A stretch of DNA of 64,000 bases from Desulfosoma sp. (GTDB lineage: Bacteria; Desulfobacterota; Syntrophobacteria; Syntrophobacterales; DSM-9756), in the NCBI GenBank assembly GCA_037481835.1, contig JBBFKW010000009.1, forward strand, positions 32,001 through 96,000, in the 5' to 3' direction. The position numbers and the translations under genes are program-made. The notes below the pieces were generated by a model that saw nothing but the letters and a program-made list of their open reading frames with translations, ran no database searches and had not been told where the DNA came from. Shown here in pieces: positions 20,096-30,496 of this stretch. The first letter of the stretch is position 1. Each line of letters opens with the position of its first letter.

Positions 20096-20653
20096 GTGAC
20101 CGACCTGGATCTTGTGGCCCTCATGACGGAAAAAGCGCGGTCGGTGCAGACCGTTGTGGAACAGTGCCCCCACTGGGCCGCCGTGGTGAGATACACTGTG
20201 GAACTTACGGCGGCTCAGGGCGGCCCCACCATCGCCCCATGGGGCCTGCCCGAAGAAGTTCGCGACATGCTCGCCAACGGCGCCTCGGAAAAAGGCCTTC
20301 GCCTTCTCGATCCCCCGTTTCGCGCCTCCCTGGAAGAAATCCACACGGCGATCACCCGCGCCGACTGGGGCATCGCCGAAACGGGCACGGTGGTCCTGGA
20401 TTCCACGGCGGAAGATCTCCGCATCGCCACCATGCTGTCCGAAACCCACGTAATCGTGCTTCCTCAAGGCCGCCTCCGGCGCTCCTCTTTTGACGTGGCT
20501 GAAGCCGTCAAGGCTTGGCATCGGGAGCCTCCCCGCTATGTGGCCTTTATTTCCGGGGCGAGTCGCACAGCGGACATCGAACGGGTTCTGACCATCGGGG
20601 TGCATGGGCCTCAGCACCTGCACCTTCTTATCCTCCAGGAGGGGGCCTCATGA
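20096..20653 (+). CDS. lutC: LUD-domain lactate utilisation protein (LutC/LldG)
   Basis: GIAETGT and FISGASRTADIERVLTIGVHGP; GGAGG RBS before GTG. Confidence 0.9.
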   Translation: MTDLDLVALMTEKARSVQTVVEQCPHWAAVVRYTVELTAAQGGPTIAPWGLPEEVRDMLANGASEKGLRLLDPPFRASLEEIHTAITRADWGIAETGTVVLDSTAEDLRIATMLSETHVIVLPQGRLRRSSFDVAEAVKAWHREPPRYVAFISGASRTADIERVLTIGVHGPQHLHLLILQEGAS

Positions 20654-22821
20654 CGACTCAGGCGCCTCAAGACGTGAAAACTTACCGCAGGCAGCTCCGC
20701 CGAGCCCTCGACAACGCCTTTTTGCGTCAGACCCTGGACACTTTCGCGGCGGCGTATCGGGAATCCCGTGCCCGAGCCTTTGAAGGCATCGACCTGGAAG
20801 GGCTCATCGCCGACATCGCCCGCCGGAAAGCTTCGGCGCTGCCGCGGCTGGAAGAGCTTTTTGAGGAATTCAAACGCCGGGCGGAAGCGGCCGGGGCCGT
20901 GGTCCATTCGGCCGCAACGGCCCGGGAAGCTAACGAACTCATTGCCCGGATCGCCAGGGAAAACGGGGTGCGCACGATCATCAAGTCCAAGTCCATGACC
21001 GCCGAAGAAACCTTCCTCAACGCGCACCTGGAAGGGGAAGGCTTTGAGGTGACGGAAACGGACCTGGGCGAATGGATCATTCAGCTGCGCCGCGAAGGCC
21101 CGTCCCACATGGTGCTTCCGGCCATCCACCTGTCCCGCCATCAGGTGGCCGAACTCTTCGAAAAGGTGACCGGGGAGCGACAGGATCCCGACGATATCGA
21201 AAAGATGGTGAAAGTGGCCCGGCGCACCTTGCGCCGAGCCTTCCTGGAAGCGGACATGGGGATTTCCGGGGCGAACTTCGCCGTGGCCGAATCGGGCACC
21301 CTAGGCCTGGTGACCAATGAAGGCAACGCCCGGCTGGTCACCACGCTGCCTCGGGTCCACGTGGCCTTGGTGGGTTACGACAAGCTCCTGCCGGATATGG
21401 AAACCGCTCTGACCATTCTGAAAGCGCTGCCGCGAAACGCCACGGGCCAGATCATTTCCACCTACGTGACCTGGATCACCGGCGCCACGCCCTGTGCGGC
21501 ATCACCCACGGGGCGAAAGATTCTGCACATCATCTTTTTGGATAACGGCCGGCTGCAGCTGGCGAAAGACCCCGTTTTTTCCCAGGCGCTGCAGTGCGTG
21601 CGCTGCGGGGCGTGCGCCAATGTGTGCCCCATCTACCGCCTGGTGGGCGGGCACCATTACGGCCATGTCTACATCGGCGCCATCGGGCTCATCCTCACGG
21701 CCTTCTACCACGGCGTGGAAAACGCCCGCGCCCTGGTCATGAACTGCCTCAACTGCCAGGCCTGCAAAGCGGTCTGCCCCGCTGGGATCGATCTCCCCTA
21801 TCTCATCAAGAACGCCGTGCGCCACGTGCTGGAGCGTGAAAAACGGCGCCCGGTGAAAAACCTGCTCTTGTCCAAGGTGCTCAAGGACCGGAAGCTTTTC
21901 CATTTCCTGCTGCGCCGAGCGGCCCTCGCCCAGAAGCCCTTGGCGGGAAAAGAGCCCCTCATCCGCCATTTGCCGCTCTTTTTCGACAAGACGCACGGGT
22001 TTCGAAGCCTTCCTGTGATCCAAGCCGTGCCTTTTCGGGACCGATGGGAACGGACCCGTCCGCCGGTGGCCGATCCCGCCATGCGGGTCACGTTGTTCGG
22101 CGGCTGCTTGATCGACTTCGTCTATCCGGAGCAGGCGGAAGCAGTGCTTCCGCTTCTTTCGGATCACCGCGTGGCCGTGGACTTCCCCCCGGGCCAAACC
22201 TGCTGCGGCCTTCCGGCGCTCATGGCCGCGGAGAAGGAGACGGCCCGAGATGTGGCCTTGCAGAATCTGCGCGCCGTGGACCTGGACCGCTCCGACTGGA
22301 TCCTGACCCTGTGTGCCTCGTGCGGTTCCCACATGAAGGAAAACTACCCCAAGCTTCTGGGGGACGACCCGGTGTGGGGGGAACGGGTGCGGCGTTTCGC
22401 GGAGAAAGTCATCGATTTCAGCTCGTTTCTCAAAAACGTGTTGAAGGTATCCCCTGAAGATTTCGCCCCGTCGTCGCAAAAGACGGCATACCACGCCCCC
22501 TGTCATCTGTGCCGGGGGTTGAAGGTGGTGGAGGCCCCGCGGGAGCTTCTAAAAACCGCCGGTTGGGATTATGTGCCCACCAAGGACGAAGATGTGTGCT
22601 GCGGCTTCGGGGGATCGTATTCCTTGGAATTTCCGGAAATTTCGGCGGAACTCCTCAAGCGGAAATTGGACCATGTAGAGGCGTCGGGAGCCGACATGCT
22701 GGTGACCGACTGCCCGGGGTGCGTCCTTCAGCTTCGCGGCGGAGCCGACAAGCAGGGCCGCCGTTTCCGGGTCTGCCACATCGCCGAAGCCGTCGCCCGA
22801 ACGTACCGGAAAAGCCGCTAA
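20650..22821 (+). CDS. ldhH: L-lactate dehydrogenase large subunit, LutB-LutA fusion (LldH/LdhH)
   Basis: KSKSMTAEE, ETDLGEWIIQL, PSHMVLPAIH, CVRCGACANVCP, then two CCG domains (QTCCG, DVCCGFGG). Confidence 0.92.
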   Translation: MTTQAPQDVKTYRRQLRRALDNAFLRQTLDTFAAAYRESRARAFEGIDLEGLIADIARRKASALPRLEELFEEFKRRAEAAGAVVHSAATAREANELIARIARENGVRTIIKSKSMTAEETFLNAHLEGEGFEVTETDLGEWIIQLRREGPSHMVLPAIHLSRHQVAELFEKVTGERQDPDDIEKMVKVARRTLRRAFLEADMGISGANFAVAESGTLGLVTNEGNARLVTTLPRVHVALVGYDKLLPDMETALTILKALPRNATGQIISTYVTWITGATPCAASPTGRKILHIIFLDNGRLQLAKDPVFSQALQCVRCGACANVCPIYRLVGGHHYGHVYIGAIGLILTAFYHGVENARALVMNCLNCQACKAVCPAGIDLPYLIKNAVRHVLEREKRRPVKNLLLSKVLKDRKLFHFLLRRAALAQKPLAGKEPLIRHLPLFFDKTHGFRSLPVIQAVPFRDRWERTRPPVADPAMRVTLFGGCLIDFVYPEQAEAVLPLLSDHRVAVDFPPGQTCCGLPALMAAEKETARDVALQNLRAVDLDRSDWILTLCASCGSHMKENYPKLLGDDPVWGERVRRFAEKVIDFSSFLKNVLKVSPEDFAPSSQKTAYHAPCHLCRGLKVVEAPRELLKTAGWDYVPTKDEDVCCGFGGSYSLEFPEISAELLKRKLDHVEASGADMLVTDCPGCVLQLRGGADKQGRRFRVCHIAEAVARTYRKSR

Positions 22822-23045
22822 ATTCTCGTGGATCGATCTTGGAAGGGGGCAAAGAACGTCAGCCCGGGGCGCAGCCCCGGGATCGGGTGCAATCCATCTC
22901 CATCAAATCCTCAGCCCCGGAGAGGCGCAGGACGCCCCGGAATTCGCCAACGCATGGCCGGGACCCGGGGGCGCCCATTGCCTCGTAGATTTCCCCGACC
23001 CGCGCCGACTCATCTCTTGCAACCCCAAAAACGGTCCCTTTACGC

Positions 23046-25040
23046 CTATAATTTCTTAAGGGCCTCGCGGGCTTCTTCGGCCCGCACGTAAATGTGCGGG
23101 GCCACGCCGCGCTTGGCCAAAGCATCTCCCAATTTCATGCGCAGAAAGGCGCTTGTGGTGTATCGCGTGACCCCCGAATAGTAATGGTCCACCAAATACT
23201 TCACCATGTCCGTGTAAGGATCCACCACGTCCGGAAAAATCGTGAAATTGTCATAATTGACGATGGCATAAACCCGGTGTCCCAAGGGCTTGAGAATCTT
23301 CTCCACCGCCTCCCGGATGGTTTCGACTTCTTCCAACGTCTTGACGCTGAACCCTTCGAAATTGACGAAAAAGAGATTCTCCTTTGGATCGTACACGAGC
23401 CGCTCCTCCAACGGCAGGGAAAGGAGATCCGTCTTGAGGTCCATGGGCTCATCCCAAAAGATGCGATCGTCCATGAGGCGCGGTGTGTTTCGGATGATGG
23501 GCGTGAAATCCATGTGGGCCAAGATATCCCGCTCCAGGTCCACGCCGGGGGCGATCTCGATCAATTCCAGCCCTCCCTCGGTCAAGGCGAACACGCACCG
23601 CTCCGTCACATACAGGACGGGTTTCTTGCGACGGCGGGCGTAGGCGCCGCTGAAGGTGACGTGCTCCACCCGATCCACAAACTTTTTCGCCTTTCCCTCT
23701 TGGAGGATGCGCAGCGCGCCGTCCTCCACAATCATCTTTACGCCTCCGGCCGTGAAGGTCCCCATGAAAACCACTTTTTTGGCGCTCTGGCTGATGTTGA
23801 TAAACCCGCCGGCTCCGGCGATCTTCGGCCCGAACTTGCTCACGTTCACATTCCCTTGAGCGTCCGCCTGAGCCATCCCGAGGAACGCGATGTCCAAACC
23901 GCCGCCGTCATAAAAATCGAATTGGGCCGTCTGGTCGATGACCGCGTCGGTGTTGACGGCGGCCCCAAAGTTCAGCCCTCCGGCGGGCATGCCGCCGATG
24001 ACGCCCGGTTCGGCCGTCAGAGTGAGGTATTCCAGGATCTTTTCTTCCACGGCCACGTTGGCCACCCCTTCCGGCATGCCGATCCCCAGGTTCACCACGC
24101 TGTTGGCCTTCAGTTCAAAGGCGGCCCGCCGTGCGATGATTTTCCTTTCGTTCAACGGCATGGGGGGCACGGTAGTCATGGGCACTCGGATCTCGCAGGA
24201 AAACGCCGGGTTGTAGGGTGCGGCGAAGGTCTGCCAATGGTTTTCCGCAGAGGCCACCACGATGCAATCCACCAAGATACCGGGAATCTTGACCTGGCGG
24301 GCGTTCAGGGTGCCACGTTCGGCGATGCGTTCCACCTGGGCGATGACAAAGCCGCCGCTGTTTCGGGCGGCGGTGGCCAAGGAAAGGGTTTCCAAGGTCA
24401 AAGCCTCCCGTTCCATGGTGATGTTGCCGTCGGTGTCCGCCGTCGTTCCCCGGATGATGGCCACATGGATGGGAAAGGTTTTGTAGGCGAGGATCTCTTC
24501 GCCGTCGATGACCATGAGCTCCACCAGGTCTTCTGTGGTAATGTCGTTGAGTTTCCCGCCGCCGTTTCGCGGATCCACAAAAGTGCCGAGCCCCACGGTG
24601 GTGAGGGTTCGTGGCTTCTTTGCAGCGATATCCCGATACATGTGGGTGATGACGCCCTGCGGCAGGTTGTACGCCTCGATCTTGTTCTCCATGGCCAGTC
24701 GCTGCAGCTTGGGCACCAGTCCCCAGTGCCCTCCCACGACGCGCTTCACAAGCCCCTCATGTCCCAAGTGGTTCAACCCCCGTTCTTTGCCGTCGCCTTG
24801 GCCCGCGGCGTAAAAAAGGGTCAGGTCCCGGGGTCTTCCCGTGGTCAGAAACCGTTTTTCCAACGCCACGGCCACCTCCTCGGCAAAACCGATCCCCACG
24901 AACCCCCCCGTGGCCACGGTATCCCCGTCACGGATCACCTGCACGGCCTCCTGGGCGCTGACGATTTTCCCCTTCCGGGTCCTCTGGGGCGGATAGGGAG
25001 AAAGGAAAGGGTGCGTTCCGGAGATGACCTGATCCGTCAT
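23046..25040 (-). CDS. Acyl-CoA:acetate/propionate CoA-transferase (fused family I) with C-terminal extra domain
   Basis: [28 protein letters not shown] (catalytic Glu), [18 protein letters not shown]. Confidence 0.92.
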   Translation of the reverse strand: MTDQVISGTHPFLSPYPPQRTRKGKIVSAQEAVQVIRDGDTVATGGFVGIGFAEEVAVALEKRFLTTGRPRDLTLFYAAGQGDGKERGLNHLGHEGLVKRVVGGHWGLVPKLQRLAMENKIEAYNLPQGVITHMYRDIAAKKPRTLTTVGLGTFVDPRNGGGKLNDITTEDLVELMVIDGEEILAYKTFPIHVAIIRGTTADTDGNITMEREALTLETLSLATAARNSGGFVIAQVERIAERGTLNARQVKIPGILVDCIVVASAENHWQTFAAPYNPAFSCEIRVPMTTVPPMPLNERKIIARRAAFELKANSVVNLGIGMPEGVANVAVEEKILEYLTLTAEPGVIGGMPAGGLNFGAAVNTDAVIDQTAQFDFYDGGGLDIAFLGMAQADAQGNVNVSKFGPKIAGAGGFINISQSAKKVVFMGTFTAGGVKMIVEDGALRILQEGKAKKFVDRVEHVTFSGAYARRRKKPVLYVTERCVFALTEGGLELIEIAPGVDLERDILAHMDFTPIIRNTPRLMDDRIFWDEPMDLKTDLLSLPLEERLVYDPKENLFFVNFEGFSVKTLEEVETIREAVEKILKPLGHRVYAIVNYDNFTIFPDVVDPYTDMVKYLVDHYYSGVTRYTTSAFLRMKLGDALAKRGVAPHIYVRAEEAREALKKL

Positions 25041-25267
25041 GGGAACTCCTCTAACCAGTTGGTCATTTTCCCAAATGTTCGAGCCAAGCGCCTCTTTGAC
25101 GTGAACAAACCCTGGGAGCACGCGGCAAACTGCATGTGGAACGTGTGACCCTACTTCCAAGCTTGCTCAATATCATCGGTGAATACCTACCAAATCGAGG
25201 CCAGGCTTTCAAACGCAAAGGCTTGGCAAACGCTCCGCATACGTCGCCCTCACCGAGACCGTTCCCT

Positions 25268-25879
25268 TTACGGGACTACCCCGTGCTCTTCCAGGAAAAG
25301 ACTCAAGCCCTGGGGGTCCCGGTAGAGGTGGGAGACAATGCCGAGGGAGCGGGCGGCCTCCACGTTTTCCGGCGCATCATCCACAAAGAGGGCCTGAGGG
25401 GGCGCAACATGGAGTCTTTCAAGAGTCGTGATGTAGGCTTGGGGAAAAGGCTTTCGCACCCCCTCTTCGGCGGAACAAAACACCGCGTGGAAAAAGCACA
25501 GGACGTCCCAACGCTCAAGCCATGCCTTCAACCCTTTGGGCGCGTTGGAAAGGACGGCCAGCGGCACACGGCCGTAGAGGCGCCGGATGATGCGGATGAC
25601 GGGCTCGTTGGGCCGCTCGTCCGCATCGTAACGGGCCCGGAAAGCAGCAACGGCTTCCGCACTGCGCAGGTTCAGGCGCGGTCCCATGATCCGCCAGTAA
25701 TCGTCCAGGCTCAAGCGCCCCGTCAAGGTGTCTTCCCAGGCCGGATCGTCGAACATTATCCGGTTGATACTTCCGCGGGGCAGGCCCAAATCCCGTTCGT
25801 AACTTTCAAAGAGCGAAGCCGGCTTGGGGGCGGAAATGACCCGCCCGAAATCGAAAAGAACCGCCCGCGGTGCGCCCAT
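25268..25879 (-). CDS. HAD-family phosphatase
   Basis: LFDFGRVI (motif I), LSN, KP, FVDDAPENVEAA (motif IV). Confidence 0.88.
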   Translation of the reverse strand: MGAPRAVLFDFGRVISAPKPASLFESYERDLGLPRGSINRIMFDDPAWEDTLTGRLSLDDYWRIMGPRLNLRSAEAVAAFRARYDADERPNEPVIRIIRRLYGRVPLAVLSNAPKGLKAWLERWDVLCFFHAVFCSAEEGVRKPFPQAYITTLERLHVAPPQALFVDDAPENVEAARSLGIVSHLYRDPQGLSLFLEEHGVVP

Positions 25880-25959
25880 CGCCTTGTCATCCTTTCCAAC
25901 AAATCTTAATTTCCCCGTTGCCAATACCGAAACGTGAAATCGGCAAGGGGTTCATCGAA

Positions 25960-27438
25960 ATGGACCGAAACTCAGCCCACGGCGTCTCCCGACCCGCCCC
26001 CATGGGATCCCTGGTCCTCATGGGGTCGGGGGAATTGTCTCCCAGCATGGTGGAAGTCCACAAGGCCCTGCTCCACGCCAAAGGGCCGGGCGCTTCCGCC
26101 GTATTTATTGACACGCCCGCCGGATTTCAACCCAACGTGGACGACATTTCCCGGCGCGCGCAAGACTACTTCAGCACTCGAGTGGGCCGGCCCCTGGAGG
26201 TCGCCTCCTTGAAATCCCGCAAGGACATGGAAACCCTTCAGGGACGCCACGCCCTGAAACTCATGGCGTCCGCGGACTACCTCCTCATGGGTCCCGGAAG
26301 CCCCACCTACGCGGCCCGGCAATGGATCGGATCCCCCGTCCCGGAAATCCTTCGATCCCGGATCCACGACGGAGCGGTGGTGGCGGCGGCCAGCGCCGCG
26401 GCCCTCACCGTGGGATGGAAGACGCTTCCCGTCTACGAAATCTACAAGGTGGGCATGGACCTTCACTGGGCGGATGGAATGGATCTCTTAGGCCCGTGGG
26501 GTTTTCGCCTGGTCGTCGTCCCTCATTGGAACAACGCCGAAGGCGGCACGCACGACACGCGCTTTTGCTACATGGGGGAAGAACGCTTCCGGATCCTGGA
26601 ACGCCTTCTTCCCTGGGACGCCATCGTGGTGGGTATCGATGAGCATACGGCCTTGGTTGTGGATTTCGCCCGGAACCGGGCTGAGGTTCGAGGGCTCGGG
26701 ACGGTGACCCTGCGAAAACCGCCAGGGCCTGGATCCCCGATTATGCCCGCTTCGACGGAATCCGGCACGCCGCCGGCTTTATCCTTGGGAGATGCTATCG
26801 CACAGGCCCGCGGGCCGGCTTTATCCGAACGTGTTGGTGAAAAGGGGGCCGTCCCCGGGATGGAAAGAATTTTTCGGACGGGAGAAACGTTTCCCTTGGA
26901 CCTTCTCCGGGATTTTTCCACGGCCGCCGCCCCGACACAGGACCTGAAAGAGCCTTTGGCATCGCCATGGGCGAGGGACGACGAGCCGCCGGCCGGTCGG
27001 GACGAGCCCACTCCAGAACCGGAAGGAAGCGCCGCCCCATCGGAGGAGGATTTCTGGGGCGAAGTGCGGCGGCTGGAATCGGCTTTCGAACAAGGACTGG
27101 AAGATCGTCTCCCTGAGAATGCCGCCCGGGGACTTCTGGAGCTGGACCGCCTTTTGTGGGACGCCCTCCGGCACGGCGCCGCCCCCGAAGACCTGTCCCA
27201 AGGGCGGGAACTTTTCCGAGAATGGATCGTTTTGGCGGCGCAGCGCCTGCCCCTTTCCCCCAGGGACACCCATGCCGTCCTTTCACCTCTGGTGGACGAT
27301 CTCGTCCGGCTGCGAGGGCGCCTTCGTGAAAAGCGTCTGTGGGATGCCGCCGATGCCGTGCGATCCCTGCTTGCTTCCTACGGCGTCGTCGTGGAAGATA
27401 CGCCGACGGGATCTCGGTGGCGCTGGACGCATGAGTGA
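25960..27438 (+). CDS. Peptidase S51/cyanophycinase-like (class I GATase-like fold) domain fused to a CysRS-type anticodon-binding domain
   Basis: LMGSGE, GPGSP, AASAAA (nucleophile elbow), VPHWNN, GIDEHTA. C-terminus LREKRLWDAADAVRSLLASYGVVVEDTPTGSRWR resembles the CysRS C-terminal AD..R..L...G..+ED...G..W motif. Confidence 0.8.
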   Translation: MDRNSAHGVSRPAPMGSLVLMGSGELSPSMVEVHKALLHAKGPGASAVFIDTPAGFQPNVDDISRRAQDYFSTRVGRPLEVASLKSRKDMETLQGRHALKLMASADYLLMGPGSPTYAARQWIGSPVPEILRSRIHDGAVVAAASAAALTVGWKTLPVYEIYKVGMDLHWADGMDLLGPWGFRLVVVPHWNNAEGGTHDTRFCYMGEERFRILERLLPWDAIVVGIDEHTALVVDFARNRAEVRGLGTVTLRKPPGPGSPIMPASTESGTPPALSLGDAIAQARGPALSERVGEKGAVPGMERIFRTGETFPLDLLRDFSTAAAPTQDLKEPLASPWARDDEPPAGRDEPTPEPEGSAAPSEEDFWGEVRRLESAFEQGLEDRLPENAARGLLELDRLLWDALRHGAAPEDLSQGRELFREWIVLAAQRLPLSPRDTHAVLSPLVDDLVRLRGRLREKRLWDAADAVRSLLASYGVVVEDTPTGSRWRWTHE

Positions 27439-28453
27439 GGACGCACGGGTGAAGGTGGAAACGGAATCTCTCGCGGTGATGCACGCCGATCGGCTGGATC
27501 CGTTGTGGGGTCTGTGGCACGACCGCCGGGATGTGTTTCGGCGGGCGCCTCTTTTCGTCACGCCGCCGTGGCTCGGCGCCTGGAAAGAAACCCTCGGCCG
27601 GGACGCCGCGCTCAGCGTGCTCATCGCATCAGCCCACGATGCCATCATGGGAGTCCTCCCCCTCATGCGGCAAGGACGCCTCGGCGTTTTCGCCGGAGAT
27701 CCCCAGGTGTGCGACTATTTCGATGCAGTAATGGTTCCCGGCGGCGAAGACGCCGCCTGGCGGGCGTTTTTGCGGGAAGCCCGCCGCTCGGGGCTGGAGG
27801 CCTTGGACCTTTTTCCCGTTCGACCCGATTCCGCCGTCTTGACCCATGGCGTGCCGCTGTGCGAGGCTCTGGGCGTTCCCGTTTCCGTGGAACGTTGCGA
27901 TGTCACGGTGGAAATGCCCCTTGCGGGATCGTGGGAGGCGTATCTTTCGGGCCTTTCGGGAAAACAGCGCCACGAAGTGCGCCGAAAGATGCGCCGTTTG
28001 GAAGAAGCGGGCGCGGTTCGGTTCAGGGCTGTGAGCGATGCCGCCGAAACCGACGGGGCTCTGGAAGTTTTTTTCCGCCTGTTTCAAAGCAACCGGGAAG
28101 ACAAGGCCCGTTTTCTCACCCCCGCCGTGAAGGCCTACATGGAAACCCTGTGCCGGGCCATGAGCCGCGAGGGAATGATGCGCCTGTGCTTTCTCGATGT
28201 GAACGGAACGCCGGCGGCGTCCGCCCTTTGTTTTGATGACGGCGAAACGGTTTCCCTTTATAACAACGGCTACGACGCCTCATTGGCTTCCGTGAGCGTC
28301 GGGCTTGTGAACACCATCCACACCATCAAGGACGCCGTGGAACGGGGTCGCCGCCGCTACGAGTTTTTGCGGGGAGACGAAATTTACAAGTTCCGGCTGG
28401 GAGGTCGTGAAGTTCCCTTGTATCGCGTGCGGATCGCTCTCGAGGCCGGCTGA
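27431..28453 (+). CDS. GNAT-fold protein (CelD/BcsL-like, related to the FemAB fold)
   Basis: FVTPPWLGAW, CDYFD, SWEAYLSGLSGKQRHEVRRKMRRL, YNNGYD, YEFLRGDEIYKFRLG; start overlaps the previous stop. Confidence 0.88.
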   Translation: MSEDARVKVETESLAVMHADRLDPLWGLWHDRRDVFRRAPLFVTPPWLGAWKETLGRDAALSVLIASAHDAIMGVLPLMRQGRLGVFAGDPQVCDYFDAVMVPGGEDAAWRAFLREARRSGLEALDLFPVRPDSAVLTHGVPLCEALGVPVSVERCDVTVEMPLAGSWEAYLSGLSGKQRHEVRRKMRRLEEAGAVRFRAVSDAAETDGALEVFFRLFQSNREDKARFLTPAVKAYMETLCRAMSREGMMRLCFLDVNGTPAASALCFDDGETVSLYNNGYDASLASVSVGLVNTIHTIKDAVERGRRRYEFLRGDEIYKFRLGGREVPLYRVRIALEAG

Positions 28454-28464
28454 GGCGCCGGCCC

Positions 28465-29853
28465 ATGGATGGAAAATTCATGCGCGAATCGCCCTTTTTT
28501 TTGGACGAGGCCGTAAACCCCGGGAAAACGGCGCCTCGGCTGCGCATCGCCGTGCTCTGCGCCCATTCCCACCCTTTGGGCCCCCTGGGACGGCGGGATA
28601 CGGGCGGCATGAGCGTCTACATCCGGGAAATGTCGCGGGCCGTGGCCGCCCGAGGACACCGGGTGGATCTCTTCGTGGGCGAGCCCCCTCGGGGGCTGGG
28701 TTCCCAAGGGTCTGAATACACCAAACAGGAACTCGAAGACCACCTCGGGCCCAACGTGCACTGGGTGTCTGTCCCTTGCGAAACCGCAGCGCCTCGCGAC
28801 CCGCTTGAACAGGTGAAGACGGCCGAGGCATTCCGGCGAGCTGTCCTTGGCGCGTGCCGGGGAAGGCGCCCTTTCGACCTCGTTTTCAGTCACTACTGGC
28901 TTTCGGGCCTTGCCGGCCTTTACACCGCCCAGGCCCTTGGGGCGCCGCACGTGGTCATGTTCCATACGCTCGCTCAGTCCAAAACGGAGGCTCTGGGCCG
29001 TTCCGTGGACGCCCCGTGCCGTCTCTGTGCGGAAAGGCTCGTGGCCGCTCGAAGCCATGGGGTCGTGGCGGCCACGGAACGGGAAAAGGACGTCCTGGAA
29101 ACGCACTACGGGGTGCATGCGGAACGCGTCGCGGTGGTGCCTTGCGGCGTCGATATGCATGTGTTCCGTCCCGGGGACGGCTTCGGTGCCCGCAAGCGCT
29201 TGGGACTGCCCCTGGATGCGGCGGTCTTCCTCTTCGTCGGCCGTCTCGATCCCGTGAAAGGGTTGGATCGGCTCTTGGACGCCTTTTCCCGCCTGCCCCG
29301 ATCCGTCCCCGCCCGGCTGGTGGTTGTGGGGGGAGACGCCTCGGAAGAGGAACGGCTCAAAGAATTTCGGGACCTGGCAGAAACGCTGGGCGTCTCGAAG
29401 CAGGTCATTTTCTCCGGGCGCATCGACCATTGCCGCCTTCCGGACTTCTATGCCGCCGCCGACGCGCTCGTCGTGGCCTCCCACTACGAAAGCTTCGGCC
29501 TCGTCGCTTTGGAAGCCTTGGCGTCGGGACGGCCCGTCATCGGCCCTCCCGTGGGCGTGCTCCCCGAAGTGCTCTCGTCACCGGTCTGCGGCGTTCTTCT
29601 GGAGGACAACTCGGCACAGCACCTCCTGGGCGGCATGACGATCCTTCTGGAGCGGAAGGGACGGCAGCGGAACGGCGAGGCGGCGCTTCGCCGTAGGATC
29701 GCCCGCCGCTACAGCTGGGATCGGGTCGCCCACGATCTGGAACGATGCTTTCATCGAGTCTTGGAAACATCAACGTGGCATGAAACACGAAGGACTTCTT
29801 CCCATGGATTCGGTCGATGCTCTGATTATCGCTGCGCATCCGGACGACCCTGA
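28465..29853 (+). CDS. GT4 glycosyltransferase, MshA-like
   Basis: HSHPLGPLGRRDTGGMSVYI, SHYWLSG, MFHTLAQSK, PCGVD, FVGRLDPVKG and SHYESFGLVALEALASG parallel the MshA motifs. Confidence 0.9.
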   Translation: MDGKFMRESPFFLDEAVNPGKTAPRLRIAVLCAHSHPLGPLGRRDTGGMSVYIREMSRAVAARGHRVDLFVGEPPRGLGSQGSEYTKQELEDHLGPNVHWVSVPCETAAPRDPLEQVKTAEAFRRAVLGACRGRRPFDLVFSHYWLSGLAGLYTAQALGAPHVVMFHTLAQSKTEALGRSVDAPCRLCAERLVAARSHGVVAATEREKDVLETHYGVHAERVAVVPCGVDMHVFRPGDGFGARKRLGLPLDAAVFLFVGRLDPVKGLDRLLDAFSRLPRSVPARLVVVGGDASEEERLKEFRDLAETLGVSKQVIFSGRIDHCRLPDFYAAADALVVASHYESFGLVALEALASGRPVIGPPVGVLPEVLSSPVCGVLLEDNSAQHLLGGMTILLERKGRQRNGEAALRRRIARRYSWDRVAHDLERCFHRVLETSTWHETRRTSSHGFGRCSDYRCASGRP

Positions 29854-30496
29854 ATTCGGCGCTGCAGGCACCGTGGCCGCATGGACTCGGGAAGGTCGAA
29901 GCGTCGCCTACGTCATCTGCACGGACGGAGAAAAGGGAACCAACGACCGTCGTGTGGATCCCAAGGATTTGGCCCGGATCCGCCAAGAGGAACAACGGGC
30001 CGCCGCCGCCGTGCTGGGCGTCCGGGATGTGGTCTTCCTGCATTACCCCGATCAGGGATTGGAAGAGACGCCCGAATTTCGAAAAGAGATCGTGCGCTGG
30101 ATTCGGCGGTACCGACCCCGGATTGTTTTGTCCTCGGACCCGTATCGGCGCTATCTGTGGCACCGCGACCACCGCATCGTGGGGCAGGTCGTCATGGACG
30201 CCCTGTTTCCTTACGCCCGGGACCACCTGGCCTACCCCGACCTCCTGGCGGAAGGGCTGGAACCTCACAAGGTGAAGGAAGTGTGGTTTTGGGCGGCGGA
30301 AGACATCAATCACCGGGTGGACATTTCCGAGACCTTCGATGTGAAGATCGCGGCCCTCCAGTGCCACGCCAGCCAGTGGGACGCTCATCCCGCGCGGGAC
30401 ATCCGCGCGTGGGTGGAAGAGCGGTTCCGGAAAATGGCCGAAGGGACGCCTTACACCTACGCCGAAGGATTCCACCGCGTTCTGCTCCCCGATTGA
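29804..30496 (+). CDS. PIG-L family deacetylase (MshB/BshB-like)
   Basis: AAHPDDPEFG, TDGEKG, IRQEEQRAAA, HRDHR, LQCHASQ. Alternative start at 29780. Confidence 0.92.
   Translation: MDSVDALIIAAHPDDPEFGAAGTVAAWTREGRSVAYVICTDGEKGTNDRRVDPKDLARIRQEEQRAAAAVLGVRDVVFLHYPDQGLEETPEFRKEIVRWIRRYRPRIVLSSDPYRRYLWHRDHRIVGQVVMDALFPYARDHLAYPDLLAEGLEPHKVKEVWFWAAEDINHRVDISETFDVKIAALQCHASQWDAHPARDIRAWVEERFRKMAEGTPYTYAEGFHRVLLPD

Noticed and set aside
29780..29853. GT4/deacetylase overlap as a programmed frameshift or fusion
   Set aside because: The deacetylase has its own start and RBS-like AAGGA; the GT tail looks like a non-conserved extension and no slippery site is evident.
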